Below are positions 26,749-35,180 of a DNA stretch of 44,551 nucleotides, one piece after another. The stretch covers positions 1-44,551 of the forward strand of contig JASJYA010000003.1 of NCBI GenBank assembly GCA_030125685.1. Reading direction: 5' to 3'. Each line of letters begins with the position of its first letter. Positions within the stretch are counted from its first letter, which is position 1. Source of the stretch: Actinomycetota bacterium (lineage in GTDB: Bacteria; Actinomycetota; Acidimicrobiia; Spongiisociales; UBA5794). Made by a program: the position numbers and the translations under genes. Below the pieces are notes generated by a model, which was not told the origin of the DNA, made no database searches, and saw nothing but the letters and a program-made list of their open reading frames with translations.

Positions 26749-27650
26749 GCGGACCGGTATTCGTTGATGGGCGTCAAAGCATCACCTACCGCAGCAACCG
26801 TTTCGGGCTTCGCCGGCATCAGCGGGAGACGCGGTTCTCCAACCGAGTCCCAGTAGGCGGTGAGGGCGCCCTTGAGCGGCATCGGGCTCGGTTCAAGAAA
26901 AAGCGCCTCGTTAAGGGGCGTGAGAAGCCTGTGCATCTCTTCGGCCTTGGCGTCATCGCCGGAGAGGATCGCATCAACCATTGCAGCGATCTCTCTCCCC
27001 GCGAGGTGGGAAGCTACAGACACGACGCCTACCGCGCCGACATTGACGAGATCCTTGGTCAGGGCGTCAGATCCTGAGTACACGGCGATTCCCTCAGGGA
27101 GAGCCTGAATTGCTCGCCGAGACCACTCGATGTCATCGACAGCGTCCTTGACGGCAACGACGTTCGGGTGCTCGCAAATCTCTACGAGCGTGTCGATCTC
27201 AATGAGGGTCGCCGTCCGCCCCGGAATGTTGTAGATCATCACGGGCAGATCCGTCGCATCCGCGATCGCGACCATGTGGGCGACGATTCCGTGCTGGGGC
27301 GGTTTCGAGTAGTACGGGGTGACAACCATCACGCCGTCAACACCGACCTCGGCGGCTGCCACAGCAAAGTCGATCGATTCCGCCGTGTCGCTATTCGTAC
27401 CTCCCGCGACGACCTTCACGCGGTCTCCTGCGGCGTCGACCGCGGCGGCGAAGAGCGCGACTTTCTCAGGTTTCGAGAGCGTGGGGGATTCTCCGGTCGT
27501 GCCCGCCACCACGATCGCCTCTGTTCCGTTCTCCGCCAGGTGCCGAACCAGCCGCCAGAACGCGGCGTAGTCAATTGGACCCTCCGAGGTGAACGGGGTG
27601 ATGATGGCAGTGGCAACCCGACCGAACACTGCTTCTGGTCGATGTTCCAT
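26745..27650 (-). CDS. dapA: 4-hydroxy-tetrahydrodipicolinate synthase
   Basis: TPF, GTTGESPTL, TPYYSKP, YNIPGRT, AVKDA. Confidence 0.95.
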   Translation of the reverse strand: MEHRPEAVFGRVATAIITPFTSEGPIDYAAFWRLVRHLAENGTEAIVVAGTTGESPTLSKPEKVALFAAAVDAAGDRVKVVAGGTNSDTAESIDFAVAAAEVGVDGVMVVTPYYSKPPQHGIVAHMVAIADATDLPVMIYNIPGRTATLIEIDTLVEICEHPNVVAVKDAVDDIEWSRRAIQALPEGIAVYSGSDALTKDLVNVGAVGVVSVASHLAGREIAAMVDAILSGDDAKAEEMHRLLTPLNEALFLEPSPMPLKGALTAYWDSVGEPRLPLMPAKPETVAAVGDALTPINEYRSA

Positions 27651-27692
27651 ACGCGTAAAGTTACCACGAGCGCTCGAATTAACCTCTCACCT

Positions 27693-28553
27693 ATGTCAAA
27701 TCCCGAGAGACCGGACACGAGTCCCCACGTCAAAGATGTCACCACGGCGGAGTTCCAGCAGGAGGTGCTTCTGCGATCCCGCGAGGTCCCCGTGTTGGTC
27801 GACTTCTGGGCTGAGTGGTGCGGACCATGCAAATCGCTCTCCCCTCTGCTCGAGCGAATCACAGACGAGGCTGGGGGCGCGTTCGATCTCGCAAAGGTTG
27901 ATGTCGATGCAAACCAGGAGCTCTCCGCGCAGTTCATGATCCAGTCGATCCCGACGGTTGTCGCTATCAAGAATGGGAAGGAAGTGAGCAGGTTCTCCGG
28001 CGCTCTCCCCGAGGCATCGATCCTCGAATTCCTCCGAGGCGTGCTACCGACCGAACTCGATGTAATGGTCGACGAGGCGCGCACGGCCCTTGTCACAGGC
28101 GACACCGCCGGAGCGGAGCACATCCTCCTTCAGGTACTCGATCAGCAGTCCGACCACCAGGACGCCGGAACGAGCCTCGCCGCTCTCCTCATCGATCGCG
28201 GTGACACCGCAGAAGCGTTGATAGTCCTGGGCAAGCTCATACCAAGCCCCGACGTCGACCGGCTCCAGGCTGCGGCGCGCCTCCGCCAGGCTGCCGGCGA
28301 CGACATCACTGTCCTCGAAGCCGCCGCATCGGCGCCGACTGCCGACGACAACGCTCAGATCGACCTCGCCCGAGCGTTGGCCGCCCGATCTGAGTACGAA
28401 CCTGCGCTCGACAAATTGCTTGCTGTAGTGGCGGCCAGGGGGTCAGGCAGAGAAGACGCGCGTCAGGCGATGATCGACATCTTCGAAGTACTCAGCAACG
28501 AGCACCCTCTCACCGCAACGTACCGCAAGCAGCTCGCATCAGCGCTAAATTGA
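27693..28553 (+). CDS. Thioredoxin-TPR chaperedoxin (YbbN/CnoX-like)
   Basis: VDFWAEWCGPCK, IQSIPTV, C-terminal TPR region ending YRKQLASAL. Confidence 0.92.
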   Translation: MSNPERPDTSPHVKDVTTAEFQQEVLLRSREVPVLVDFWAEWCGPCKSLSPLLERITDEAGGAFDLAKVDVDANQELSAQFMIQSIPTVVAIKNGKEVSRFSGALPEASILEFLRGVLPTELDVMVDEARTALVTGDTAGAEHILLQVLDQQSDHQDAGTSLAALLIDRGDTAEALIVLGKLIPSPDVDRLQAAARLRQAAGDDITVLEAAASAPTADDNAQIDLARALAARSEYEPALDKLLAVVAARGSGREDARQAMIDIFEVLSNEHPLTATYRKQLASALN

Positions 28554-28570
28554 TTGAGAAAGCATGCAGG

Positions 28571-28718
28571 GTTCTTCTCTCTCCCGCTAGCGCGGGAGAG
28601 TTGGCTGAGCGCAGCGAAGTCAGAGAGGGTCTTCGAAGCGCGCCGTGTAAGGCACAGGACCTCTCTCTGACCCTCGTACCGCGGGCCATCTCTCCCCGGC
28701 CTGCGGGGAGAGAAGAAG
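28571..28718. repeat. REP-like palindromic element (two inverted units) between convergent genes; may also terminate transcription
   Basis: TTCTTCTCTCTCCCGC-TAGC-GCGGGAGAG... and ...CATCTCTCCCCG-GCCTG-CGGGGAGAGAAGAAG; same family as 13150 and 35105. Confidence 0.75.
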
Positions 28719-28725
28719 AGCGGAT

Positions 28726-29484
28726 TCAGATCCCGAGCAGGGTGTCTAGGCCGACTGCGAAAGTCTCCTTCTGAGCGGGAACCGACCGCATCGCGAGCAG
28801 GACGCCAGGCATAAACGCCGAACGATCCGATGTGTCGTGGGTGATGGAGAGTCGCTCCCCCTCCGCTCCGAACATCACTGTCTGATGCGCAACCGCGCCA
28901 GGTAGCCGGATGGAGTGCACGGTGATGTTATCGATGATCGCCCCGAGCGCACCGTCGTAGAGCTCTTCCGACTCGACCTTACGATCCTGATGCGGAGCAA
29001 CCGCTGCGATCCGCTGCGCCGTTGCAATCGCGGTTCCCGACGGTGCGTCAGCCTTCTCATCGTGATGCATCTCAATGACCTCAGCCACGGAGAAGTGCGG
29101 AGCAGCCATCTCAGCCATCTTCATCATGAGAACCGCGCCGATGGAGAAGTTAGGCACTACGAGACAGTTCCCCGGCCCATTCGCCCATAGGGTGTCGAGT
29201 TCGGCGAGACGATCGGTGTCGAATCCAGACGTGCCCACGACAACGTTCGCTCCGAAGGATCGCCATACGGCAACGTTGCCCATGACGACGTCCGGCCTGG
29301 AGAATTCGAGGATGATGTCACAGCCGTCAAGTGTTCCCCGGTCACTGCTGATGGTAAGTCCCGCGATGCTGCCCTTTGTGTGAGGGTCATAAAGCGCGAT
29401 GAGATGCAAGTCATCGGCTGCGTCGATGGTCGCGGCGGCAAGGCTCCCCATCCTGCCAGACGCTCCGGCTACGCCTACCTTCAT
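28726..29484 (-). CDS. dapB: 4-hydroxy-tetrahydrodipicolinate reductase
   Basis: GASGRMG, GTSG, PNFSIG, EMHHDEKADAPSGTA, HSIRLPG. Confidence 0.96.
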   Translation of the reverse strand: MKVGVAGASGRMGSLAAATIDAADDLHLIALYDPHTKGSIAGLTISSDRGTLDGCDIILEFSRPDVVMGNVAVWRSFGANVVVGTSGFDTDRLAELDTLWANGPGNCLVVPNFSIGAVLMMKMAEMAAPHFSVAEVIEMHHDEKADAPSGTAIATAQRIAAVAPHQDRKVESEELYDGALGAIIDNITVHSIRLPGAVAHQTVMFGAEGERLSITHDTSDRSAFMPGVLLAMRSVPAQKETFAVGLDTLLGI

Positions 29485-30728
29485 CGAACGTGCTCCTCGA
29501 GGTCTTCAGTGTCGAACGGGCCTACTGCACCGATCACGTAGGGACCATCGTAAGCCGCCTTGGCGACCTCGATTACCTCTTCATGAGTGACAGCGGAGAT
29601 AGCGGCGACAATCTCGTCGACAGTGAGGTGCTCCTGCCCGACAATCTCGGTCCGGCCGATGAGATTCATCCTACTGTTCGCGTCTTCGAGGCCGATTGCG
29701 AGAGAGCCCTTCACATGCCCTTTCGCACGATGTAACTCCTCGCTTGTGACCCCCGAATCGACCACCGAAGCGAGCTGCTCGCGAACGATCTTGAGTACCT
29801 CATCCGCCTGGCTCGGCGTTGTGCCGACATATGTGGCGGAGGCGCCCGCGTCTGCATACGGCAGTCGGAAGGTATACACCGCATAAGCAAGTCCTCTCGT
29901 CTCCCTGATCTCGTGAAACAGTCGAGACGACATGCCGCCACCGAGGATGTGGTCGACAAGTGACAGCGCGTATCGACGCTCATCGTTTCGCGCGATCGAA
30001 GGTGCCCCGATTACGAGATGCGCCTGCTCCGTGTCGCGCCTGGTCACCCTGACGAGGGACACCGGTTCAGGGGTGCGAAGGGAGCGATCAACCGGACGCC
30101 CCTCCCAGTCGCCGAAGTGCGTCGCGACGAGCTCCGTGAGATCGTCAGGAAGATTCCCGGCGATCGCCACGACGACTGAGTAGGGCGTATACCTCCGCGC
30201 CCAGTAGCCGTTGATCGTGTCACGCGTCATATCGGTGATCGATGCCCGCGTGCCGAGCACAGGAGGAGACAATGGATGGTCCCCCCACATTGCATGGATG
30301 AATTCTTCGTGGGCGACGTCTGCCGGGTCATCCTCGTTCATATTGATCTCTTCGAGCACGACGTTACGCTCTGTATCAATCTCTGACGGTCTGAATGCGG
30401 GATGCTGAAGCATCTCGGCGAGGATTTCGACGCCTATCGAAAGGTCCTCGTCACGCATCCTTGTCCAGAAGCAGGTGTACTCCTTTGATGTGAATGCATT
30501 GTGCATCGCGCCGATCCCGTCGAAGGTTTCGGAGATTCGGCGCGTCGGCCACTTCTCCGATCCCTTGAACAACAGATGCTCAAGGAAGTGGGAGGCGCCG
30601 GCTTCTTCAACAGTCTCGTCTCGGCTTCCGGTATCCACCCAGCAGCCGATCGCGACCGAACGCGTCGAGGGCATGTGATGTGTGATGAGCCTGAGACCGT
30701 TGGGGAGGGTTGTGATTTCGTGTTCCAT
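29481..30728 (-). CDS. M16 (pitrilysin) family zinc peptidase
   Basis: LPNGL, GSRDE, inverted zinc motif HFLEH, NAFTSKE, LGGGMSSRLF, GLAY; usual neighbour of dapB. Confidence 0.93.
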   Translation of the reverse strand: MEHEITTLPNGLRLITHHMPSTRSVAIGCWVDTGSRDETVEEAGASHFLEHLLFKGSEKWPTRRISETFDGIGAMHNAFTSKEYTCFWTRMRDEDLSIGVEILAEMLQHPAFRPSEIDTERNVVLEEINMNEDDPADVAHEEFIHAMWGDHPLSPPVLGTRASITDMTRDTINGYWARRYTPYSVVVAIAGNLPDDLTELVATHFGDWEGRPVDRSLRTPEPVSLVRVTRRDTEQAHLVIGAPSIARNDERRYALSLVDHILGGGMSSRLFHEIRETRGLAYAVYTFRLPYADAGASATYVGTTPSQADEVLKIVREQLASVVDSGVTSEELHRAKGHVKGSLAIGLEDANSRMNLIGRTEIVGQEHLTVDEIVAAISAVTHEEVIEVAKAAYDGPYVIGAVGPFDTEDLEEHVR

Positions 30729-30832
30729 CGTCGGCCGATGATAGGAACAGACGCCGCTACCGGAATCCGCGCCACCCGTTCTCCGGGCTACAGACATCGC
30801 TGGGCGGTGTCTGGTACCCAGGGTACGCGACG

Positions 30833-31225
30833 TCACTCGTCGGGGATTGGTTTTCGGCGATGCTGCTTCGTGGCGCCGCGGGCGGCCTTGGCGTCGAGTC
30901 TGCGCATTCGAGCCGCTCTTGACGGCCTCGTCCTCCGCCTCGGGGGTGGATCCGGTTTAGAAGCCTCGGCGAGGATCGCCTGGAGTCTCGCTACGGCGCG
31001 CTTGCGGTTCGTTGCTTGGGACCGCGACCCGTCCTCGGTGATCCGGACCTCGGGACCGATTTTCGCGACAATCCTCTCTCCCACAGCGTCATCGAACGCC
31101 CTCGATTTCTCAACGTCGAATGTCAGCTCGGCGCGTGTAGAGCTGCGGTTCGCGTGCTGCCCGCCCGGACCGCCCGATGGCCCGAATCGCCACCGGAGTT
31201 CACTGGCTGGGATGTTGAAATCCAT
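30833..31225 (-). CDS. arfB: Alternative ribosome rescue factor ArfB
   Basis: SGGPGGQHANR (GGQ), RSQATNR, basic C-terminal tail RRRTRPSRAARMRRL. Confidence 0.92.
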   Translation of the reverse strand: MDFNIPASELRWRFGPSGGPGGQHANRSSTRAELTFDVEKSRAFDDAVGERIVAKIGPEVRITEDGSRSQATNRKRAVARLQAILAEASKPDPPPRRRTRPSRAARMRRLDAKAARGATKQHRRKPIPDE

Positions 31226-31235
31226 GGCGTACCGT

Positions 31236-33353
31236 CTACTCGCTGAGGTGGACAAATGTGCGCTCCGCGCCTACTCCAACCACCAGGATGAGCGTGATCT
31301 CGTTCGGACCGTCAACGAGAGCGTCCGGTGGGATCATCGCGCCAAACCTCGTCACGCCGTCTTCATGAACATCAGATCTCGTGACCGTTGCGATTTCGCC
31401 GTTGACCGCGACGGCAATCACAATATTCCCGTCGAGTGGATCGGATGCCTCTATCTCGCCCCTGATCCAGGTCGGCAGAGCCGGAGCATCCTTGTCGACA
31501 TCTCGGTAACTTGCAAGATTGCCGATCGTCGCATGCACGCCCCTGGTCGGCTCGATCACGAGCGCTTCGAGGCGGCGACCGAGAAGGTCGGCGTGGCCCG
31601 GAGGCGCGAGACCGAACGCTCCGCCGTCGCCGAACAGCTCGACCTTTCGAGACGCTACCGATCGAGCCTCTGATCCGTCGACGCCAAAGACGATCGTTCC
31701 TTCCGTTCCGCTGATTCTGCTCTCGGTGCGATCGGGACGCCCCTCTGCGAAGAGAGATACGCCATCGGTGGCCCACGGTATTTCGATGTCGAGCATGTCG
31801 GCGATCGTCGGAAGAATGTCGACGATCTCAGCGCGATAGTCGTCAATGACCCCGCCAGGGTCGTTCGGGCGCTTGATGAACAGCGGAATGGCGGCGATCT
31901 CGCCGATGGTCGCTTCGTTTACGACACGACGATGCGCAACACCCGGTCGCACCGCAACGCCGTGGTCAGCCAGAATTACGATCAGCGATTCGTCATACAG
32001 ACCTACTTGTTCCAACCGTTCGATCACTTCGCCGACGATTCCATCCACGAACTCCACCTGCATCAGATGTCTCTGATACGCCTGGGAGACGAGCCACTCG
32101 TCATCTCCCCAGCCGGGGCTTCGACTTCCGGGCGCCACGGATGAGGAGAGAGAGACCTGTCCGGAGGGCAGGTACTCCCACGGGACATGCGGCAGAAGGG
32201 CATGGAGAAAATAGAGGCTCGGCTCGCCGGCTGTCATCTCGATCGAATCAATGAACCGGTCGATCGGTACGAGGCGACCTTCGACGTAGGTGACCTCCTG
32301 GAACCGGGCGATCATGTCGAGCTCTGATCCTTCACCGCCGGAGAAGTCCGACCATGACGAATCGATCGGGGGGAGGTTCTCGGTCATGCCTCGTGGGAGA
32401 AACAGGTGGCCTGCAACGACACGAAGGTCATCAATCAGCGTCCTCCAGCGATCGATTGGTGTAAGAACCTGACGTGTGGAGTTTTCGCACGCGTACTCAG
32501 GACAGAGATCGGTCACTGCCTCAAAGACATGGAGGTCGTAGGAGTCCGCGAGGAGCGTGAACAGCGTAAGCGGATAGTCCCCTGCGGTCGGATTCTTGTT
32601 GTCGGGCGAGACCCTCCCCGAGAGGATTGCAGGCAGCGCGTCCTCCGTCTGTTGATGAACGGTGATCGCGTTTCGGAACCAGGCGCCGTCACGCGCAAGG
32701 CGCGCGAAGTTGGGGTAGACGCTCTCCTGGAGATTGCCCTCGCTGTCCATGAGCGAAGCAACCGGAAACTCGTCGAACACGATCATCACAACAGGAGCGG
32801 GGGCGCCGACAGGGACTGAAGCCCCCTGTGCGATGGCAGACGACGAGAAGATGAGTTGGGAGACTGATGTCGTGAACAGGAAGAGGCCGAGAACCACAAG
32901 CGGTGCAACCGCAGCGAACCTCCCTGCGGACCGAATCGATTCGAAGCGGAAGTAACCGCGAGCAAGAATGACGCCTGCAACCAGAGCTGACCCAATCACG
33001 CTCCATGTCGGCAGGTCTCGAAACGGGGTCAGCTCCATGATCTGAAGTGCGAGTACGCCGCCGAGCGCCGCGAGGACAGCCCCGTGCACGATGCGGCCCG
33101 TTTGCTCGTGGATCTTGCGAATACCGAGGACTGCAAATCCGATGGCGAGGGGCAGAACGACGGTGAGAAGCAGGGAGAGAAGGACGATGTCGATGGGGGA
33201 CGCCGAACGCGCTAGGAAGAATTCAGCGTTCCGACCGAGGAGGTCGAGCAGCGGTTGAGCTACAGCGAAGACGAAGAGAACGACGCACGACACGACCACG
33301 TCGAGCGGCCGTATCGGATCGCCCCTGCCTGCGGCGTCGGCGGTCATGTTCAA
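31236..33353 (-). CDS. Multi-pass membrane protein with alkaline-phosphatase/sulfatase-superfamily domain (NoeB/LtaS-like)
   Basis: About 5 N-terminal hydrophobic segments; VMIVFDE, QTEDALPAILSG (Thr at nucleophile position), LLPHVPW, ILADHG, DILPTI. Confidence 0.85.
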   Translation of the reverse strand: MNMTADAAGRGDPIRPLDVVVSCVVLFVFAVAQPLLDLLGRNAEFFLARSASPIDIVLLSLLLTVVLPLAIGFAVLGIRKIHEQTGRIVHGAVLAALGGVLALQIMELTPFRDLPTWSVIGSALVAGVILARGYFRFESIRSAGRFAAVAPLVVLGLFLFTTSVSQLIFSSSAIAQGASVPVGAPAPVVMIVFDEFPVASLMDSEGNLQESVYPNFARLARDGAWFRNAITVHQQTEDALPAILSGRVSPDNKNPTAGDYPLTLFTLLADSYDLHVFEAVTDLCPEYACENSTRQVLTPIDRWRTLIDDLRVVAGHLFLPRGMTENLPPIDSSWSDFSGGEGSELDMIARFQEVTYVEGRLVPIDRFIDSIEMTAGEPSLYFLHALLPHVPWEYLPSGQVSLSSSVAPGSRSPGWGDDEWLVSQAYQRHLMQVEFVDGIVGEVIERLEQVGLYDESLIVILADHGVAVRPGVAHRRVVNEATIGEIAAIPLFIKRPNDPGGVIDDYRAEIVDILPTIADMLDIEIPWATDGVSLFAEGRPDRTESRISGTEGTIVFGVDGSEARSVASRKVELFGDGGAFGLAPPGHADLLGRRLEALVIEPTRGVHATIGNLASYRDVDKDAPALPTWIRGEIEASDPLDGNIVIAVAVNGEIATVTRSDVHEDGVTRFGAMIPPDALVDGPNEITLILVVGVGAERTFVHLSE

Positions 33354-34771
33354 ACGATAGGTCGCAAAGCAAACAAGCGGCGACCGCTGCCCGGGAGCTG
33401 ACTCTCGCTCTCAATAACGAATCGGTCCGCGAGATACGAGCGCAGCGCTGCTTCGTTGTAGTCCCGATGGATCTCGTGCGGCTTCCTATTGGCTGTGAGG
33501 CCGAGCACCATCGGATCGTTCCGCGGAACGAACTCGAGAACAACCCTCGCGTTGAAGGCGGCCAGCCAGTCAATAACGGCGACCAGCGGCACGTTTCGCC
33601 CGATGACGAGATGGTGGATCACAGCCAAGCAGAGAATGAGGTCAGGAGAGGATCGCTCGGAGAGCGGTGGCCGTTCCAACCCCCGCCATCCGATTCCAGG
33701 TGAGGGGTCGGCAACGTCATGGACGAGAGGGAGAACGTTGTCCGGACCAGACGCCCTCAGCGACGTGTACAGCTCGTCGAGAACAGCTTCGTCGCCATCG
33801 AGCGCGAGTACATAGTCAGCCTTCTCTGCTGCCAGCTTCGAGAAGTGGCCGTCGTTGGCGCCGAGATCCCAGACCACCCCCTGGGTGCCCGCACCGAGAA
33901 TGTTCGCGACAAACTCAGTCTTGGCGTCGCGTTGGGACGACACATGGCCACAGTCGGTCGAGTACCGATTCCACCGCGTACGACCTGGTTCCCACGCAAG
34001 CTTCTCAACGATGCGGCGCAGGCCTTTGACGTTGGCTTCGATCATCTCTCTGCTGAACCCTGCTTCCTTCAACTCGGAGCGAACATCCCGACCACCGGGG
34101 CCCTGGTTGCGCTCCGCACGGGCGGGGAGGACGACGTGAAGCAGTGCGCTCCTGCGCATCAGGTCGCGTCTCGACATGACCCTTCGAAGCTGCTCGGCCG
34201 TGAGACCGTCGGATTGGCCTCGTAGCCAAGCCTGAAACGGGAGCCCCACGCGGGCTGTGAGCATCAACGGGTAGAGATACTGTCTGAGGAACTGCCGATA
34301 TCCGACCCAGACATCGCCCTCGGCGAGGATCTCGAACGAACCTATGTCGATGAATACCGGGCGACACCCGCGCCACTGAATATTGAACGGTGTCGAGTCC
34401 TTGAGGATCATGCCTTCTGAGAGCGCCCCAAGAAGGAGGTCCAGTTGCAGAAGAGCAGCGTCTCGTAGCATCGAGAAAGTCCACTCGTAGGGATACGAGA
34501 TCACGGGGATGCGTTCGTGACGAAGAATCGCGGCCCACTCTCCTCCATCATCCGTCGAGGCGCCCGACACGAGCTCTGTTTCGACGATCCGGCCTGCCGC
34601 GACTTCGTGTGCGAAAAACTCGGTTTCGGCTAGTCGTTCCCAGTTCGCAAGGGAACGGGCATCGATGCGACGGAAGACCTCACCATCGCGATGAAAGACA
34701 CTGCTGCCAGGGTCACGAAAGGAGCCTGGATCGGTACGCGACGAACCCGGGGGGTCATGTTGGTCTGTCAC
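33350..34771 (-). CDS. NoeA-like protein: kinase-like N-domain fused to class I SAM methyltransferase
   Basis: SFRDP, SYPYEW, LKDSTPFNI and FIDIGSF (kinase-like catalytic/metal loops), WDLGANDG SAM motif, LAVIHH. Confidence 0.85.
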   Translation of the reverse strand: MTDQHDPPGSSRTDPGSFRDPGSSVFHRDGEVFRRIDARSLANWERLAETEFFAHEVAAGRIVETELVSGASTDDGGEWAAILRHERIPVISYPYEWTFSMLRDAALLQLDLLLGALSEGMILKDSTPFNIQWRGCRPVFIDIGSFEILAEGDVWVGYRQFLRQYLYPLMLTARVGLPFQAWLRGQSDGLTAEQLRRVMSRRDLMRRSALLHVVLPARAERNQGPGGRDVRSELKEAGFSREMIEANVKGLRRIVEKLAWEPGRTRWNRYSTDCGHVSSQRDAKTEFVANILGAGTQGVVWDLGANDGHFSKLAAEKADYVLALDGDEAVLDELYTSLRASGPDNVLPLVHDVADPSPGIGWRGLERPPLSERSSPDLILCLAVIHHLVIGRNVPLVAVIDWLAAFNARVVLEFVPRNDPMVLGLTANRKPHEIHRDYNEAALRSYLADRFVIESESQLPGSGRRLFALRPIV

Positions 34772-34786
34772 GCGTGCGGGTGCGCC

Positions 34787-34987
34787 CTACTCCGTCGAGT
34801 GCGTCGGCACGGTCGAATCTTCGGACACAGCGTCAACAGCATCTTCATCCGGCGTTTCGGACTTGCGCTTCCTCGTGAAGCGACTGCCCATGGTCTTGAA
34901 GAGCACGGCAAGGCCTGCTGCACCGCCAAGCACGGCTTGCACGATGATGGTGCCGGTTCCGGGATCGAGATATGCAAATACGTTCAT
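34787..34987 (-). CDS. Small membrane protein with AYLDPGTG motif
   Basis: Strong SD (GAGGGGGA) before ATG; YLDPGTG, hydrophobic helix, basic RKRK; 15 nt upstream of the methyltransferase. Confidence 0.8.
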   Translation of the reverse strand: MNVFAYLDPGTGTIIVQAVLGGAAGLAVLFKTMGSRFTRKRKSETPDEDAVDAVSEDSTVPTHSTE

Positions 34988-35104
34988 GTTCCGGTCCCCC
35001 TCATGTATCGGGATGGAAGCACCAAGTCTGACACTCGCCCGCCTTTACCGCAAGAGATCTCCTCACGTTCTCCGGGCTGCAGACACCGCTAGTCGCAAAG
35101 GATG

Positions 35105-35162
35105 CCCTCTCTCTCCCTCGTTCCTCGGGACATCTCCCCCGCTTCGCAGGAGAGAGTAGAAC
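35105..35162. repeat. REP-like element, single unit
   Basis: CCCTCTCTCTCCC...CATCTCCCCCGC-TTC-GCAGGAGAGAGTAGAAC. Confidence 0.6.
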
Positions 35163-35180
35163 ATTGTACTATCGAGAGTT

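Noticed and set aside
27168-27692. Long N-terminal extension of the chaperedoxin
   Set aside because: Antisense to dapA; thioredoxin domain begins after 27693
30501-31673. 390-aa plus-strand ORF
   Set aside because: Antisense to three recognisable genes
31236-33353. True arylsulfatase call
   Set aside because: No C/S-x-P-x-R motif; Thr occupies the nucleophile position
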